DNA of 32,000 nt from Lachnospiraceae bacterium (lineage in GTDB: Bacteria; Bacillota; Clostridia; Lachnospirales; Lachnospiraceae), in NCBI GenBank assembly GCA_017614345.1, contig JAGACB010000139.1, positions 3,028 to 35,027 on the forward strand, given 5' to 3'. A program made the translations under genes and the position numbers. The notes under the pieces are model-generated. The model saw only the letters and a program-made list of their open reading frames with translations, was not told the origin of the DNA and did no database searches. Positions 16,053 through 23,340 of this stretch are shown here, piece after piece. Each line of letters begins with the position of its first letter. Positions within the stretch are counted from its first letter, which is position 1.

Positions 16053-16986
16053 TGAAATGATTTTAGCGGACAATCTTGTCAAGATCTACAAGACCGAGGA
16101 CCTGGAGGTCCTGGCGCTGCAGGGACTGGATCTGACCGTGCAGAAGGGTGAACTGATGGCCATCATCGGTAACTCCGGCTCCGGTAAATCCACCTTCCTC
16201 AACATGCTGGGCGGTCTGGACCGTCCCAGTGCCGGAAAACTCTACGTAGACGGCAAGAATCTGTTCACCATGACCGAAAAGGAACTGGTGGAATATAAAA
16301 AGAGAACCGTTGGTTTTGTGTGGCAGAACAATGCCAGAAACCTGCTGCCCTACTTAAGCGCCCTGGAAAATGTCATGACCCCCATGATGTTCTCCGGCGT
16401 GAAGAAGCGGAAAGAGCGTGCCTTGGAACTGCTGGATCTGGTGGGTTTATCTCACCGGAAGAACAGCCGCCTAAACCAGCTCTCCGGCGGTGAGCAGCAG
16501 CGTGTGGCCATAGCCATTGCCCTGGCCAATAATCCGAAGCTCCTTCTGGCGGATGAGCCCACAGGTTCTGTAGACCGAAAGAGCGCAGACTATATCCTGG
16601 ATGTATTCCGGAGACTGAACCGGGAAACGGATCTGACCATTGTGATCGTAACCCATGACGTAAATCTCTCCAAGAACGTAAGCCGTGTGGTATCCATCCG
16701 CGACGGACGTACCAGCAGCGAGATGATCATGAAGAAGGATTATGCGGAGGCCACGGATCTGGATCTTTCCAAGATCTGGAAGACAGAGGAAGAGACCCAG
16801 GAAGAGTTCGCCATCGTGGATAAGGTGGGCCGGATCCAGATCCCCAGAGAGCATCTGGATCAGTTGGGTATCAAGCACGGAACCGACCGTATGCGGGTGG
16901 AATTCGACGGAGAGCGGATCATCCTCCGTTCCTCGGAAAGTCCGGCACATACCTCCGGTGCTACCCAGAATCTGGATGATGAGTGA
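16045..16986 (+). CDS. ABC transporter ATP-binding protein, subunit 2, with a C-terminal extension of about 90 aa containing an AbrB/SpoVT-like motif
   Basis: Walker [10 protein letters not shown], signature [14 protein letters not shown], Walker B LLADEPT, H-loop THD. It overlaps subunit 1 by 8 nt (ATGGCTGATGA). The extension includes [39 protein letters not shown]. Confidence 0.9.
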   Translation: MADEMILADNLVKIYKTEDLEVLALQGLDLTVQKGELMAIIGNSGSGKSTFLNMLGGLDRPSAGKLYVDGKNLFTMTEKELVEYKKRTVGFVWQNNARNLLPYLSALENVMTPMMFSGVKKRKERALELLDLVGLSHRKNSRLNQLSGGEQQRVAIAIALANNPKLLLADEPTGSVDRKSADYILDVFRRLNRETDLTIVIVTHDVNLSKNVSRVVSIRDGRTSSEMIMKKDYAEATDLDLSKIWKTEEETQEEFAIVDKVGRIQIPREHLDQLGIKHGTDRMRVEFDGERIILRSSESPAHTSGATQNLDDE

Positions 16987-17138
16987 TCCGGAATACGCGT
17001 TTGAAGCATGGTGTATATGTAACGATTCTTCATGCAGAATGACCCGGTCTGTCAGGTCTTTTGGCAAAACTGAGATCTTGTAATGGTTTTTTTGAGGTCA
17101 GAATGAAGAATTGCTTTGTCTGAAAGGAGTGAAAGAGA

Positions 17139-17366
17139 GTGGAAAGAAAAGATGCCATCAGCATGGCGGAACAGATCAGAAAGACTCTGCCCGAGGAAGA
17201 AAGGGTTTACATGGATGATCTGATCAAAGCATTAAAGAGTAAAAAGGGTCCGGAGGATCCGGATGATTATGCCGATCTTCTCCTTGGCTACGCCGAGGAA
17301 TATGAGGATGTCAATGAGCAACTCTGCTGCACACTGGCGGATTACCTCGCCGAGGAATTCGGCTGA
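17139..17366 (+). CDS. Small acidic hypothetical protein (75 aa)
   Basis: GTG start with AAAGGAG 9 nt upstream (an ATG at 17163 is an alternative). The sequence is very Asp/Glu-rich (…PEDPDDYADLLLGYAEEYEDVNEQLCCTLADYLAEEFG). A strong terminator follows immediately. I recognise no family. Confidence 0.5.
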   Translation: MERKDAISMAEQIRKTLPEEERVYMDDLIKALKSKKGPEDPDDYADLLLGYAEEYEDVNEQLCCTLADYLAEEFG

Positions 17367-17396
17367 ATTCTTAAATCAAAAGACAGTGTCAGGTAT

Positions 17397-17433
17397 ATCG
17401 TCTGCAGGTTTTGCCTGCAGACGATGCTTTTTC
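17397..17433 (+). terminator. Rho-independent terminator
   Basis: A 12-bp stem atcgtctgcagg / cctgcagacgat has a ttttg loop and is followed by gcttttt. Confidence 0.85.
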
Positions 17434-17444
17434 TGCCGAAAGGA

Positions 17445-17473
17445 TTGACGGAATCAAGGATTTTGAGTACAAT
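17445..17473 (+). promoter_or_regulatory. Sigma-70-type promoter for the MetRS-like / Cys-rich gene pair
   Basis: TTGACG (17445-17450), a 17-nt spacer and TACAAT (17468-17473), about 85 nt upstream of the ATG at 17557. Confidence 0.65.
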
Positions 17474-17556
17474 ACAAAGATACGAAAACAGTCCGGTTTG
17501 TTATAAGAGACCGGTCTGTTACGGAGAAAAGGACAGATATTTTTGGAGGAGCCAAG

Positions 17557-19539
17557 ATGTACGATAAGAGAATCAGACCTGACGAAAAGCCGGTATTTCC
17601 GAAGCGTTGTGTGATCACGGGCGGTATGCCTTACGGAAATAAGGAGCTTCACTTCGGACATGTGGGAGGGATGTTTGTTCATGCCGATATCTTTGCCAGG
17701 TTTATGCGTGACAGGATCGGAAAGGAGAACGTGATCTTTGTATCCGGAACCGACTGCTATGGTTCTCCGGCTCTTGAAAGCTACCGGAAGCTGAAGGAAA
17801 GCGGTTACACCGGTACCATTGAGGATTATGTCCGCTCCAATCATGAAAAGCAGAAGGTGACGCTGGAACGCTATCGCATCAGCCCCAACCTTTTCGGTGC
17901 TTCGGCGTTAGATGAGGCAGGAAAGTTCCACAAGGATACCTCTGCTAAGATCTTCAAGTCTCTGTATGAGAAGGGGGCTTTGGAGAAGCTTTCCACCCCT
18001 CAGTTTTTCGATGAGAAACTGGGCGTTTTCTTAAACGGACGTCAGGTAGTGGGCAGATGTCCCATTGAAGGCTGTACCAGTGAGAAGGCCTATGCAGACG
18101 AGTGTTCCCTGGGCCATCAGTACATGCCCAGTGATCTGATCGATCCCGTCAGCGTCCTTTCCGGCGAGAAGCCTGTGTTTGTGGATGTTACCAACTGGTA
18201 TTACAAGCTGGAAGATGATATTGACTATTTAAAGGAGTGCATTCAGGATCTTCGTGCGAATTCCAATCGCCGGAAGTATGAGATGGTCATCATCGATGAA
18301 TTCCTGAACAAGCCCTCCGTACATATCCCCAAGAAGTTTCTGGAAGGTATTGATCAGGATGCACTTCTGGCAAGCTTTCCCGAGCATGAACTGATCGATG
18401 AAGAGAAGCGGAAAGCCCTTCTCTGCGTCTTCAAGACCCTGGATGACCGTGATGCGGCCAGAAAGGCTCTGGATGCGGCAGGTGTTCATTATACCGCAGG
18501 CAAGACTCTGGTTCCCTTCCGTCTTACCGGTAACTGTGAGTGGGGCGTTCCCGTTCCGGATACCGAAGGAGAGAAGGATCTTACCTTCTGGGTTTGGCCC
18601 GAATCCCTTTGGGCTCCCATTTCCTTTACCAGAACCTATCTTGCTTCCCAGGGAAAGGATGAAGACGAATGGCAGAAGTGGTGGAACGATGAGGATTCCA
18701 TGGTATATCAGTTCATCGGCGAGGATAATATCTATTTCTACTCCATCGCGGAAATGGGCATTTTCCATGCCCTCGGAAATGTAAAGGCACCTCATATCAT
18801 TCCCAATCGCCACATCCTGTTCATGGATACCAAGGCCAGCAGCTCCTCTGCCATCAAGCCGCCTATGGCTGACGAACTTCTGGACCATTATTCCGTAGAT
18901 CAGCTCAGAATGCACTTCATGAGTCTGGGCCTTTCCAATAAGAGCACCGGCTTTAAGCCTCAGGTCTATATGCCGGAGGAGGAGAGAGAAGGCGTGGATA
19001 TGGTTGTGAAGGAAGGAAACCTTCTGACCAATGTCTACAACCGTCTGATCCGTTCCTGTTTCTATTCGACCCAGAACTCTTTTGACGGCATCCTTCCCGA
19101 GGGTGAGGTATCAGAAAAGATCAAAGCCCTTGCAGAGAAGAATGTATCCGACTATGAGAGACACATGTACAATCATGATTTCCACAGGATCTCCTATACT
19201 CTTGATGAGTACATCCGTGAGGTCAACAAGTACTGGGCTGCCACCAGCCGTGAAGCGGATAAGAACAATGATAAGGAGCTGATGAAGCAGCTTCTGGTGG
19301 ATACCTGGTATTCCTGCAAGGTCATGGCCGTTCTGTTCCATCCCATTGCACCTGACGGGTGCGAGATGTTCCGGGAGTATCTGAACCTGGATGAGAAGCT
19401 GTGGAGCTGGGATTACATCTTAGAGCCCCTTACTGCATATATTCCGGATCTGAAGGCTCATAAGTGTAAGTTCCTTGAGCCGAAGGTGGATTTCTTCAAG
19501 AAACCGGAGTGGCAGTTTGAGAGCAGCACAAAGGAATGA
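17557..19539 (+). CDS. Class I aminoacyl-tRNA-synthetase family protein, MetRS-like (divergent; KMSKS position reads KASSS)
   Basis: GGAGGA 6 nt upstream. The layout is MetRS-like. The HIGH region reads ITGGMPYGNKELHFGHVGG (E. coli MetRS has ALPYANGSIHLGH). A zinc-knuckle region reads GRCPIEGCTSEKAYADECSLGHQYMPSDLIDPVSVLSGEKPVF (E. coli has [37 protein letters not shown]). Also present are WGVPVP, FWVWPESLWAPISF, YQFIGEDNIYFYS and DQLRMHF. Where KMSKS is expected the sequence is FMDTKASSSSAIKP. There is no C-terminal tRNA-binding (EMAP/Trbp111-like) domain. Confidence 0.8.
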   Translation: MYDKRIRPDEKPVFPKRCVITGGMPYGNKELHFGHVGGMFVHADIFARFMRDRIGKENVIFVSGTDCYGSPALESYRKLKESGYTGTIEDYVRSNHEKQKVTLERYRISPNLFGASALDEAGKFHKDTSAKIFKSLYEKGALEKLSTPQFFDEKLGVFLNGRQVVGRCPIEGCTSEKAYADECSLGHQYMPSDLIDPVSVLSGEKPVFVDVTNWYYKLEDDIDYLKECIQDLRANSNRRKYEMVIIDEFLNKPSVHIPKKFLEGIDQDALLASFPEHELIDEEKRKALLCVFKTLDDRDAARKALDAAGVHYTAGKTLVPFRLTGNCEWGVPVPDTEGEKDLTFWVWPESLWAPISFTRTYLASQGKDEDEWQKWWNDEDSMVYQFIGEDNIYFYSIAEMGIFHALGNVKAPHIIPNRHILFMDTKASSSSAIKPPMADELLDHYSVDQLRMHFMSLGLSNKSTGFKPQVYMPEEEREGVDMVVKEGNLLTNVYNRLIRSCFYSTQNSFDGILPEGEVSEKIKALAEKNVSDYERHMYNHDFHRISYTLDEYIREVNKYWAATSREADKNNDKELMKQLLVDTWYSCKVMAVLFHPIAPDGCEMFREYLNLDEKLWSWDYILEPLTAYIPDLKAHKCKFLEPKVDFFKKPEWQFESSTKE

Positions 19540-19576
19540 TCCGTGAAACGCACTTTTTGAGAGGAGTCTGAAGACG

Positions 19577-20314
19577 ATGGAAGAAAAGCTTTATACGATA
19601 CCGGTGAATGACGCCTTCGATCAGAAGTGTGAATGTCCGGTCTGCATGATGCGAAAGAAACTTGAGGACGATGCCATTGCCTATACCTTAGGCCCCAGCT
19701 ACATGGAGGATGATGTCCGGATGGAAACGGACAAGCTCGGTTTTTGTTCCCGCCATCTGGATGTACTGTATCATCAGAGCAACCAGCTGGGACTGGCCAT
19801 TATCCTTTCAACCCACTTTGCAAAGATCAACGCCAATGTAGAGAAGCTTTCCGGCGCGGCAACTCAGCCGGTCCGTGCGAAGTTATTTGCCAAGAAGGAT
19901 TCTCTCCCCGGCAATCCCCTGACGGATTATCTCGACAAACTGAACGGCTCCTGCTTTATCTGCAACCGTGTGGACGGCACCTTTGGCCGGTACATTAATA
20001 CCATCTTTTACCTGTACCGGACGGAAGAGGATTTCCGAAAGAAGTTTGCCGCTTCGAACGGTTTCTGTACAGCACATTTAAGTCTCCTTTTACGTGAAGC
20101 AGGTTCCCATCTTCACGGTGAGACCCTTACTTCCTTCTGTAAGACCGGTACTTCTTTGTATCTGGAGAACATGAAGCGTGTTCAGGGTGACCTGGAGTGG
20201 TTTGTCGATAAGTTTGATTACCGCAATACCAACGAACCCTGGAAGAATTCCAAGGATGCGATTCCCCGTGCGATCACCAAGGTGGGCAGCATTGTATATG
20301 AAGATGATAAATGA
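19577..20314 (+). CDS. Cys-rich hypothetical protein with two tandem CxxC...FC(S/T)xH modules (putative double zinc site)
   Basis: 245 aa, with GAGGAG 10 nt upstream and starting 37 nt after the MetRS-like stop. Module 1 is CECPVC, 33 aa, FCSRHL. Module 2 is CFIC, 34 aa, FCTAHL. I recall similar clostridial proteins annotated only as a domain of unknown function, but this is unverified. Confidence 0.7.
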   Translation: MEEKLYTIPVNDAFDQKCECPVCMMRKKLEDDAIAYTLGPSYMEDDVRMETDKLGFCSRHLDVLYHQSNQLGLAIILSTHFAKINANVEKLSGAATQPVRAKLFAKKDSLPGNPLTDYLDKLNGSCFICNRVDGTFGRYINTIFYLYRTEEDFRKKFAASNGFCTAHLSLLLREAGSHLHGETLTSFCKTGTSLYLENMKRVQGDLEWFVDKFDYRNTNEPWKNSKDAIPRAITKVGSIVYEDDK

Positions 20315-20325
20315 TTTTTCAATGA

Positions 20326-20369
20326 TTCCGGTACCTCATATGAAAGCGGTACCGGAATCTTCGTTTCTT
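20326..20369 (+). terminator. Rho-independent terminator after the Cys-rich gene
   Basis: A 10-bp stem ttccggtacc / ggtaccggaa has a 12-nt loop and is followed by the T-rich tcttcgtttctt. Confidence 0.65.
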
Positions 20370-20420
20370 AGGGACTGTTTTGAATAGGGATTATCAGCGG
20401 ACTCGACAGTACTTGATTGT

Positions 20421-20447
20421 AATTTTGTCGAGTGACTCGACAAAATT
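20421..20447. promoter_or_regulatory. 27-bp perfect palindrome, candidate operator upstream of desulfoferrodoxin
   Basis: AATTTTGTCGAGT-G-ACTCGACAAAATT has 13-nt perfectly complementary arms around one central base. Related half-sites are nearby: GACTCGACA at 20400-20408, AGTCGATTGACAAAAT at 20454-20469 and GAGTCGATT at 20471-20479. Confidence 0.45.
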
Positions 20448-20635
20448 CTGTCTAGTCGATTGACAAAATAGAGTCGATTCTTGAATACAAATCAATCTAT
20501 GCTCGAATGAAGATATACTCAGAGGAATAACATTAGCCCTTTTCAGTTTCAGAAGAATGTGGTATTATAAGTGCATATTCTCACACGGATCTTTGGGGTG
20601 TGCAGAGAATGAACAATTCATATTGAGGAGGTACT

Positions 20636-21007
20636 ATGATGAGATTTTTTATTTGTGAGCATTGCGGAAACATTGTGGAGATGGTGAAGGATTCCGGCGT
20701 GAACGTTGTCTGCTGCGGTCAGAAGATGACGGAGCTGATTCCCGGAACATCCGACGGTGCTGTGGAAAAGCATGTACCGGTTGCAACGGTGGACGGAAAT
20801 AAGGTCAGCGTTGCTGTAGGCTCGGTTGATCATCCTATGCTGGATGTTCACTTTATCGAGTGGATCGCAATCGAGACTTCTGCCGGAGCTCAGAGAAAGT
20901 TTTTGAAGCCCGGAGAGGCACCGAAGGCAGAGTTTGTTCTTGCTGAGGGTGAGAGCTTTGTTGCGGCTTATGCTTATTGCAATCTTCACGGTCTGTGGAA
21001 GGCTTGA
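20636..21007 (+). CDS. dfx: Desulfoferrodoxin (class I / 2Fe superoxide reductase)
   Basis: 123 aa, with GAGGAGG upstream. The N-terminal desulforedoxin-like site is CEHCGN...CCG. The C-terminal SOR centre ligand contexts are EKHVP, HPM, HFIEW and YCNLHGLW. Confidence 0.9.
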   Translation: MMRFFICEHCGNIVEMVKDSGVNVVCCGQKMTELIPGTSDGAVEKHVPVATVDGNKVSVAVGSVDHPMLDVHFIEWIAIETSAGAQRKFLKPGEAPKAEFVLAEGESFVAAYAYCNLHGLWKA

Positions 21008-21021
21008 GACAGTTCTTTCGG

Positions 21022-21052
21022 AGCGGCCACTCTTCGGGGTGGCCGCTTTTCG
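21022..21052 (+). terminator. Rho-independent terminator after dfx
   Basis: A 9-bp GC-rich stem agcggccac / gtggccgct has an 8-nt loop and is followed by ttttcg. Confidence 0.75.
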
Positions 21053-21092
21053 TCTGTTACAGATTTTTCAAACTTTGGACATGATTTTTCGG

Positions 21093-21121
21093 TTGCAAAT
21101 CAAAGTCTGATATGCTACAAT
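21093..21121 (+). promoter_or_regulatory. Strong sigma-70-type promoter for the butyryl-CoA operon
   Basis: TTGCAA (21093-21098), a 17-nt spacer and TACAAT (21116-21121) preceded by TGc (extended -10). This gives a leader of about 110 nt before thl. Confidence 0.7.
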
Positions 21122-21237
21122 AGTGCATAAGACTGATAAAAAAATAACAATCTTTCAAGAGAAAGGATTTTTCACCGCCGGAAAGCGGTGAAAAGGGTTA
21201 TATTTATCACGAATAATTTATACGGAGGAAGTTTTTT

Positions 21238-22419
21238 ATGGCTAAGAAAATCGTATTAGCTGGCGCATGCCGTACCGCTATCGGTACCATGGGCGGATCA
21301 CTCAGCACAACCCCTGCGGTAGAGCTGGGACGGATCGTTATCCAGGAAGCAGTAAAGAGAGCAGGGATCAAACCCGAGGATGTTGACCATGTATACATGG
21401 GTTGTGTAATCCAGGCAGGTCTCGGACAGAACGTTGCTCGTCAGGCTTCCATCAAGGCAGGTCTTCCCATTGAGACTACTGCAGTAACTGTAAACGTTGT
21501 CTGCGGTTCCGGTCTGAACAGCGTAAATATGGCAGCTCAGATGATCGCAAACGGAGATGCTGATATTGTGATCGCCGGCGGTATGGAGAATATGTCTATG
21601 GCTCCTTATGCCATGATGAACGGCCGTTACGGATACAGAATGAACAACGGTACTCTTGTAGATACCATGGTAAATGATGCTCTTTGGGATGCATTCAACC
21701 AGTATCACATGGGTATCACAGCAGAGAATGTAGCAGAGAAGTATGGTCTTACCCGTACCGAGCTGGATGAGTTCTCCGCATGGTCTCAGCAGAAGGCTGT
21801 AGCTGCCATCGAGGCAGGACGCTTCAAGGATGAGATCGTTCCCGTTGAAGTTAAGAAGAAGAAGGAAACCGTTGTATTTGATACAGATGAAGGCCCTCGT
21901 CCCGGAACTACCGCGGAGAGCATTGCAAAGCTTCGTCCCGCATTCAAGCCCGACGGTATCGTAACCGCTGCAAACTCTTCCGGTATCAACGACGGTGCTG
22001 CAGCAGTTGTTGTTATGAGTGCTGAGAAGGCTGAAGAGCTGGGTGTTAAGCCTATGGCTACCTGGGTTGCAGGCGCTCTCGGCGGCGTAGATCCTTCCAT
22101 CATGGGTATCGGTCCTGTTGCTGCCGTTAACAAGGTATTCAAGAAGACAGGCCTGACCATGGATGATATCGATCTGGTTGAGGCAAATGAAGCATTTGCT
22201 GCTCAGTCCCTCGGTGTTGACCGTGAGCTTCATTTCGATCATGACAAGCTCAACGTAAACGGCGGTGCCATCGCTCTGGGTCACCCCGTAGGTGCTTCCG
22301 GTTGCCGTATCCTGGTTACTCTGCTTCATGAGATGCAGAAGAGAGATGCAAAGACCGGTCTTGCTACCCTTTGCATCGGCGGCGGTATGGGCTGCGCAAC
22401 CATCGTAAAGAGAGATTGA
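21238..22419 (+). CDS. thl: Acetyl-CoA C-acetyltransferase (thiolase)
   Basis: 393 aa, with GGAGGA upstream. Thiolase hallmarks are present: [12 protein letters not shown] (active-site Cys), [28 protein letters not shown] and CIGGGMG. Confidence 0.95.
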   Translation: MAKKIVLAGACRTAIGTMGGSLSTTPAVELGRIVIQEAVKRAGIKPEDVDHVYMGCVIQAGLGQNVARQASIKAGLPIETTAVTVNVVCGSGLNSVNMAAQMIANGDADIVIAGGMENMSMAPYAMMNGRYGYRMNNGTLVDTMVNDALWDAFNQYHMGITAENVAEKYGLTRTELDEFSAWSQQKAVAAIEAGRFKDEIVPVEVKKKKETVVFDTDEGPRPGTTAESIAKLRPAFKPDGIVTAANSSGINDGAAAVVVMSAEKAEELGVKPMATWVAGALGGVDPSIMGIGPVAAVNKVFKKTGLTMDDIDLVEANEAFAAQSLGVDRELHFDHDKLNVNGGAIALGHPVGASGCRILVTLLHEMQKRDAKTGLATLCIGGGMGCATIVKRD

Positions 22420-22512
22420 TTTTACAAATCAGCAGGCATAGATCGATGAAACTTCGGTCTATGCCCGCTTTGCGTATGTTATTTGTATTATATTTTTCGG
22501 AGGAAACCAGTT

Positions 22513-23301
22513 ATGGAATTTGTTTTATATGAGCAGAAGGGCCAGTACGCAGTGATCACCATCAGCCGCGAGAAGGCTCTGAACGCACTGAACAGCCAGG
22601 TACTCGATGAACTGAATGCAGTTCTCGATCAGGTAGATCTGGCAGAGGTTCGTTGTCTGATCCTGACCGGTGCAGGTCCCAAGTCCTTTGTTGCAGGTGC
22701 TGATATCGGTGAGATGAGCACACTGACCAAGGCTGAGGGCGAAGCATTCGGTAAGAAGGGAAATGATGTATTCCGCAAGCTTGAGACATTCCCCATTCCT
22801 GTGATCGCTGCAGTGAACGGTTTTGCACTTGGCGGCGGCTGCGAGATCGCCATGAGCTGCGATATCCGCATCTGCTCCGAGAACGCTCTGTTCGGACAGC
22901 CCGAGGTTGGTCTCGGTATCACACCCGGATTCGGCGGAACTCAGCGCTTAGCTCGTCTTGTAGGTCCCGGAATGGCTAAGCAGCTGATCTACACTGCGAG
23001 AAACATCAAGGCTGACGAGGCATATCGTATCGGTCTTGTAAATGCAGTTTATCCTGCTGAGGAGCTTATGGGTGCTGCAGAGAAGATGGCTGCAGGAATC
23101 GCAAAGAATGCTCCCATTGCTGTCAGAAACTGCAAGAAGGCCATCAACGAGGGTCTTGATGCTGCAACCATGGATGAGGCTATTGTGATCGAAGAGAAGC
23201 TCTTCGGTGACTGCTTCGAGACAGAGGATCAGCGTTACGGTATGGAATTCTTCCTTGACAAGAACAAGGAGAAGGTAAAGGAACCGTTCAAGAATAAGTA
23301 A
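22513..23301 (+). CDS. crt: Short-chain enoyl-CoA hydratase (crotonase)
   Basis: Starts MEFVLYEQKGQYAVITISREKALNALN at 22513, with GGAGGA at 22498-22503 (the track ORF starts earlier, at 22483). Crotonase-fold motifs are present: FVAGADI, AAVNGFALGGGCEIAMSCDIR and FGQPEVGLGITPGFGGTQRL. Confidence 0.93.
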   Translation: MEFVLYEQKGQYAVITISREKALNALNSQVLDELNAVLDQVDLAEVRCLILTGAGPKSFVAGADIGEMSTLTKAEGEAFGKKGNDVFRKLETFPIPVIAAVNGFALGGGCEIAMSCDIRICSENALFGQPEVGLGITPGFGGTQRLARLVGPGMAKQLIYTARNIKADEAYRIGLVNAVYPAEELMGAAEKMAAGIAKNAPIAVRNCKKAINEGLDAATMDEAIVIEEKLFGDCFETEDQRYGMEFFLDKNKEKVKEPFKNK

Positions 23302-23340
23302 AGAATAATAATTCTAATATAATTTCAGGAGGTACACAAC

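Noticed and set aside
17434-17556. Possible T-box leader upstream of the MetRS-like gene
   Set aside because: Only about 85 nt separate the predicted -10 from the ATG, which is far shorter than a T-box. I find no specifier-loop, AG-bulge or T-box (…GGTGNNACCGCG-like) motif and no terminator/antiterminator pair.
20540-20568. Possible proximal dfx promoter (TTTTCA, 17-nt spacer, TATTAT with TGg extended -10)
   Set aside because: It is plausible, but the -35 is weak. A second candidate (TTGACA at 20460-20465) has a poor -10. Without TSS data I cannot decide between them, so neither is listed as a feature.
21008-21237. Possible Rex operator (TTGTGAA/TTGTTAA-N-TTAACAA type) in the thl promoter region
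   Set aside because: I found only a single half-site-like TTGTTA, on the reverse strand near 21146-21151, with no matching inverted partner at the right spacing. This is not enough to make a call without a position-weight-matrix scan.
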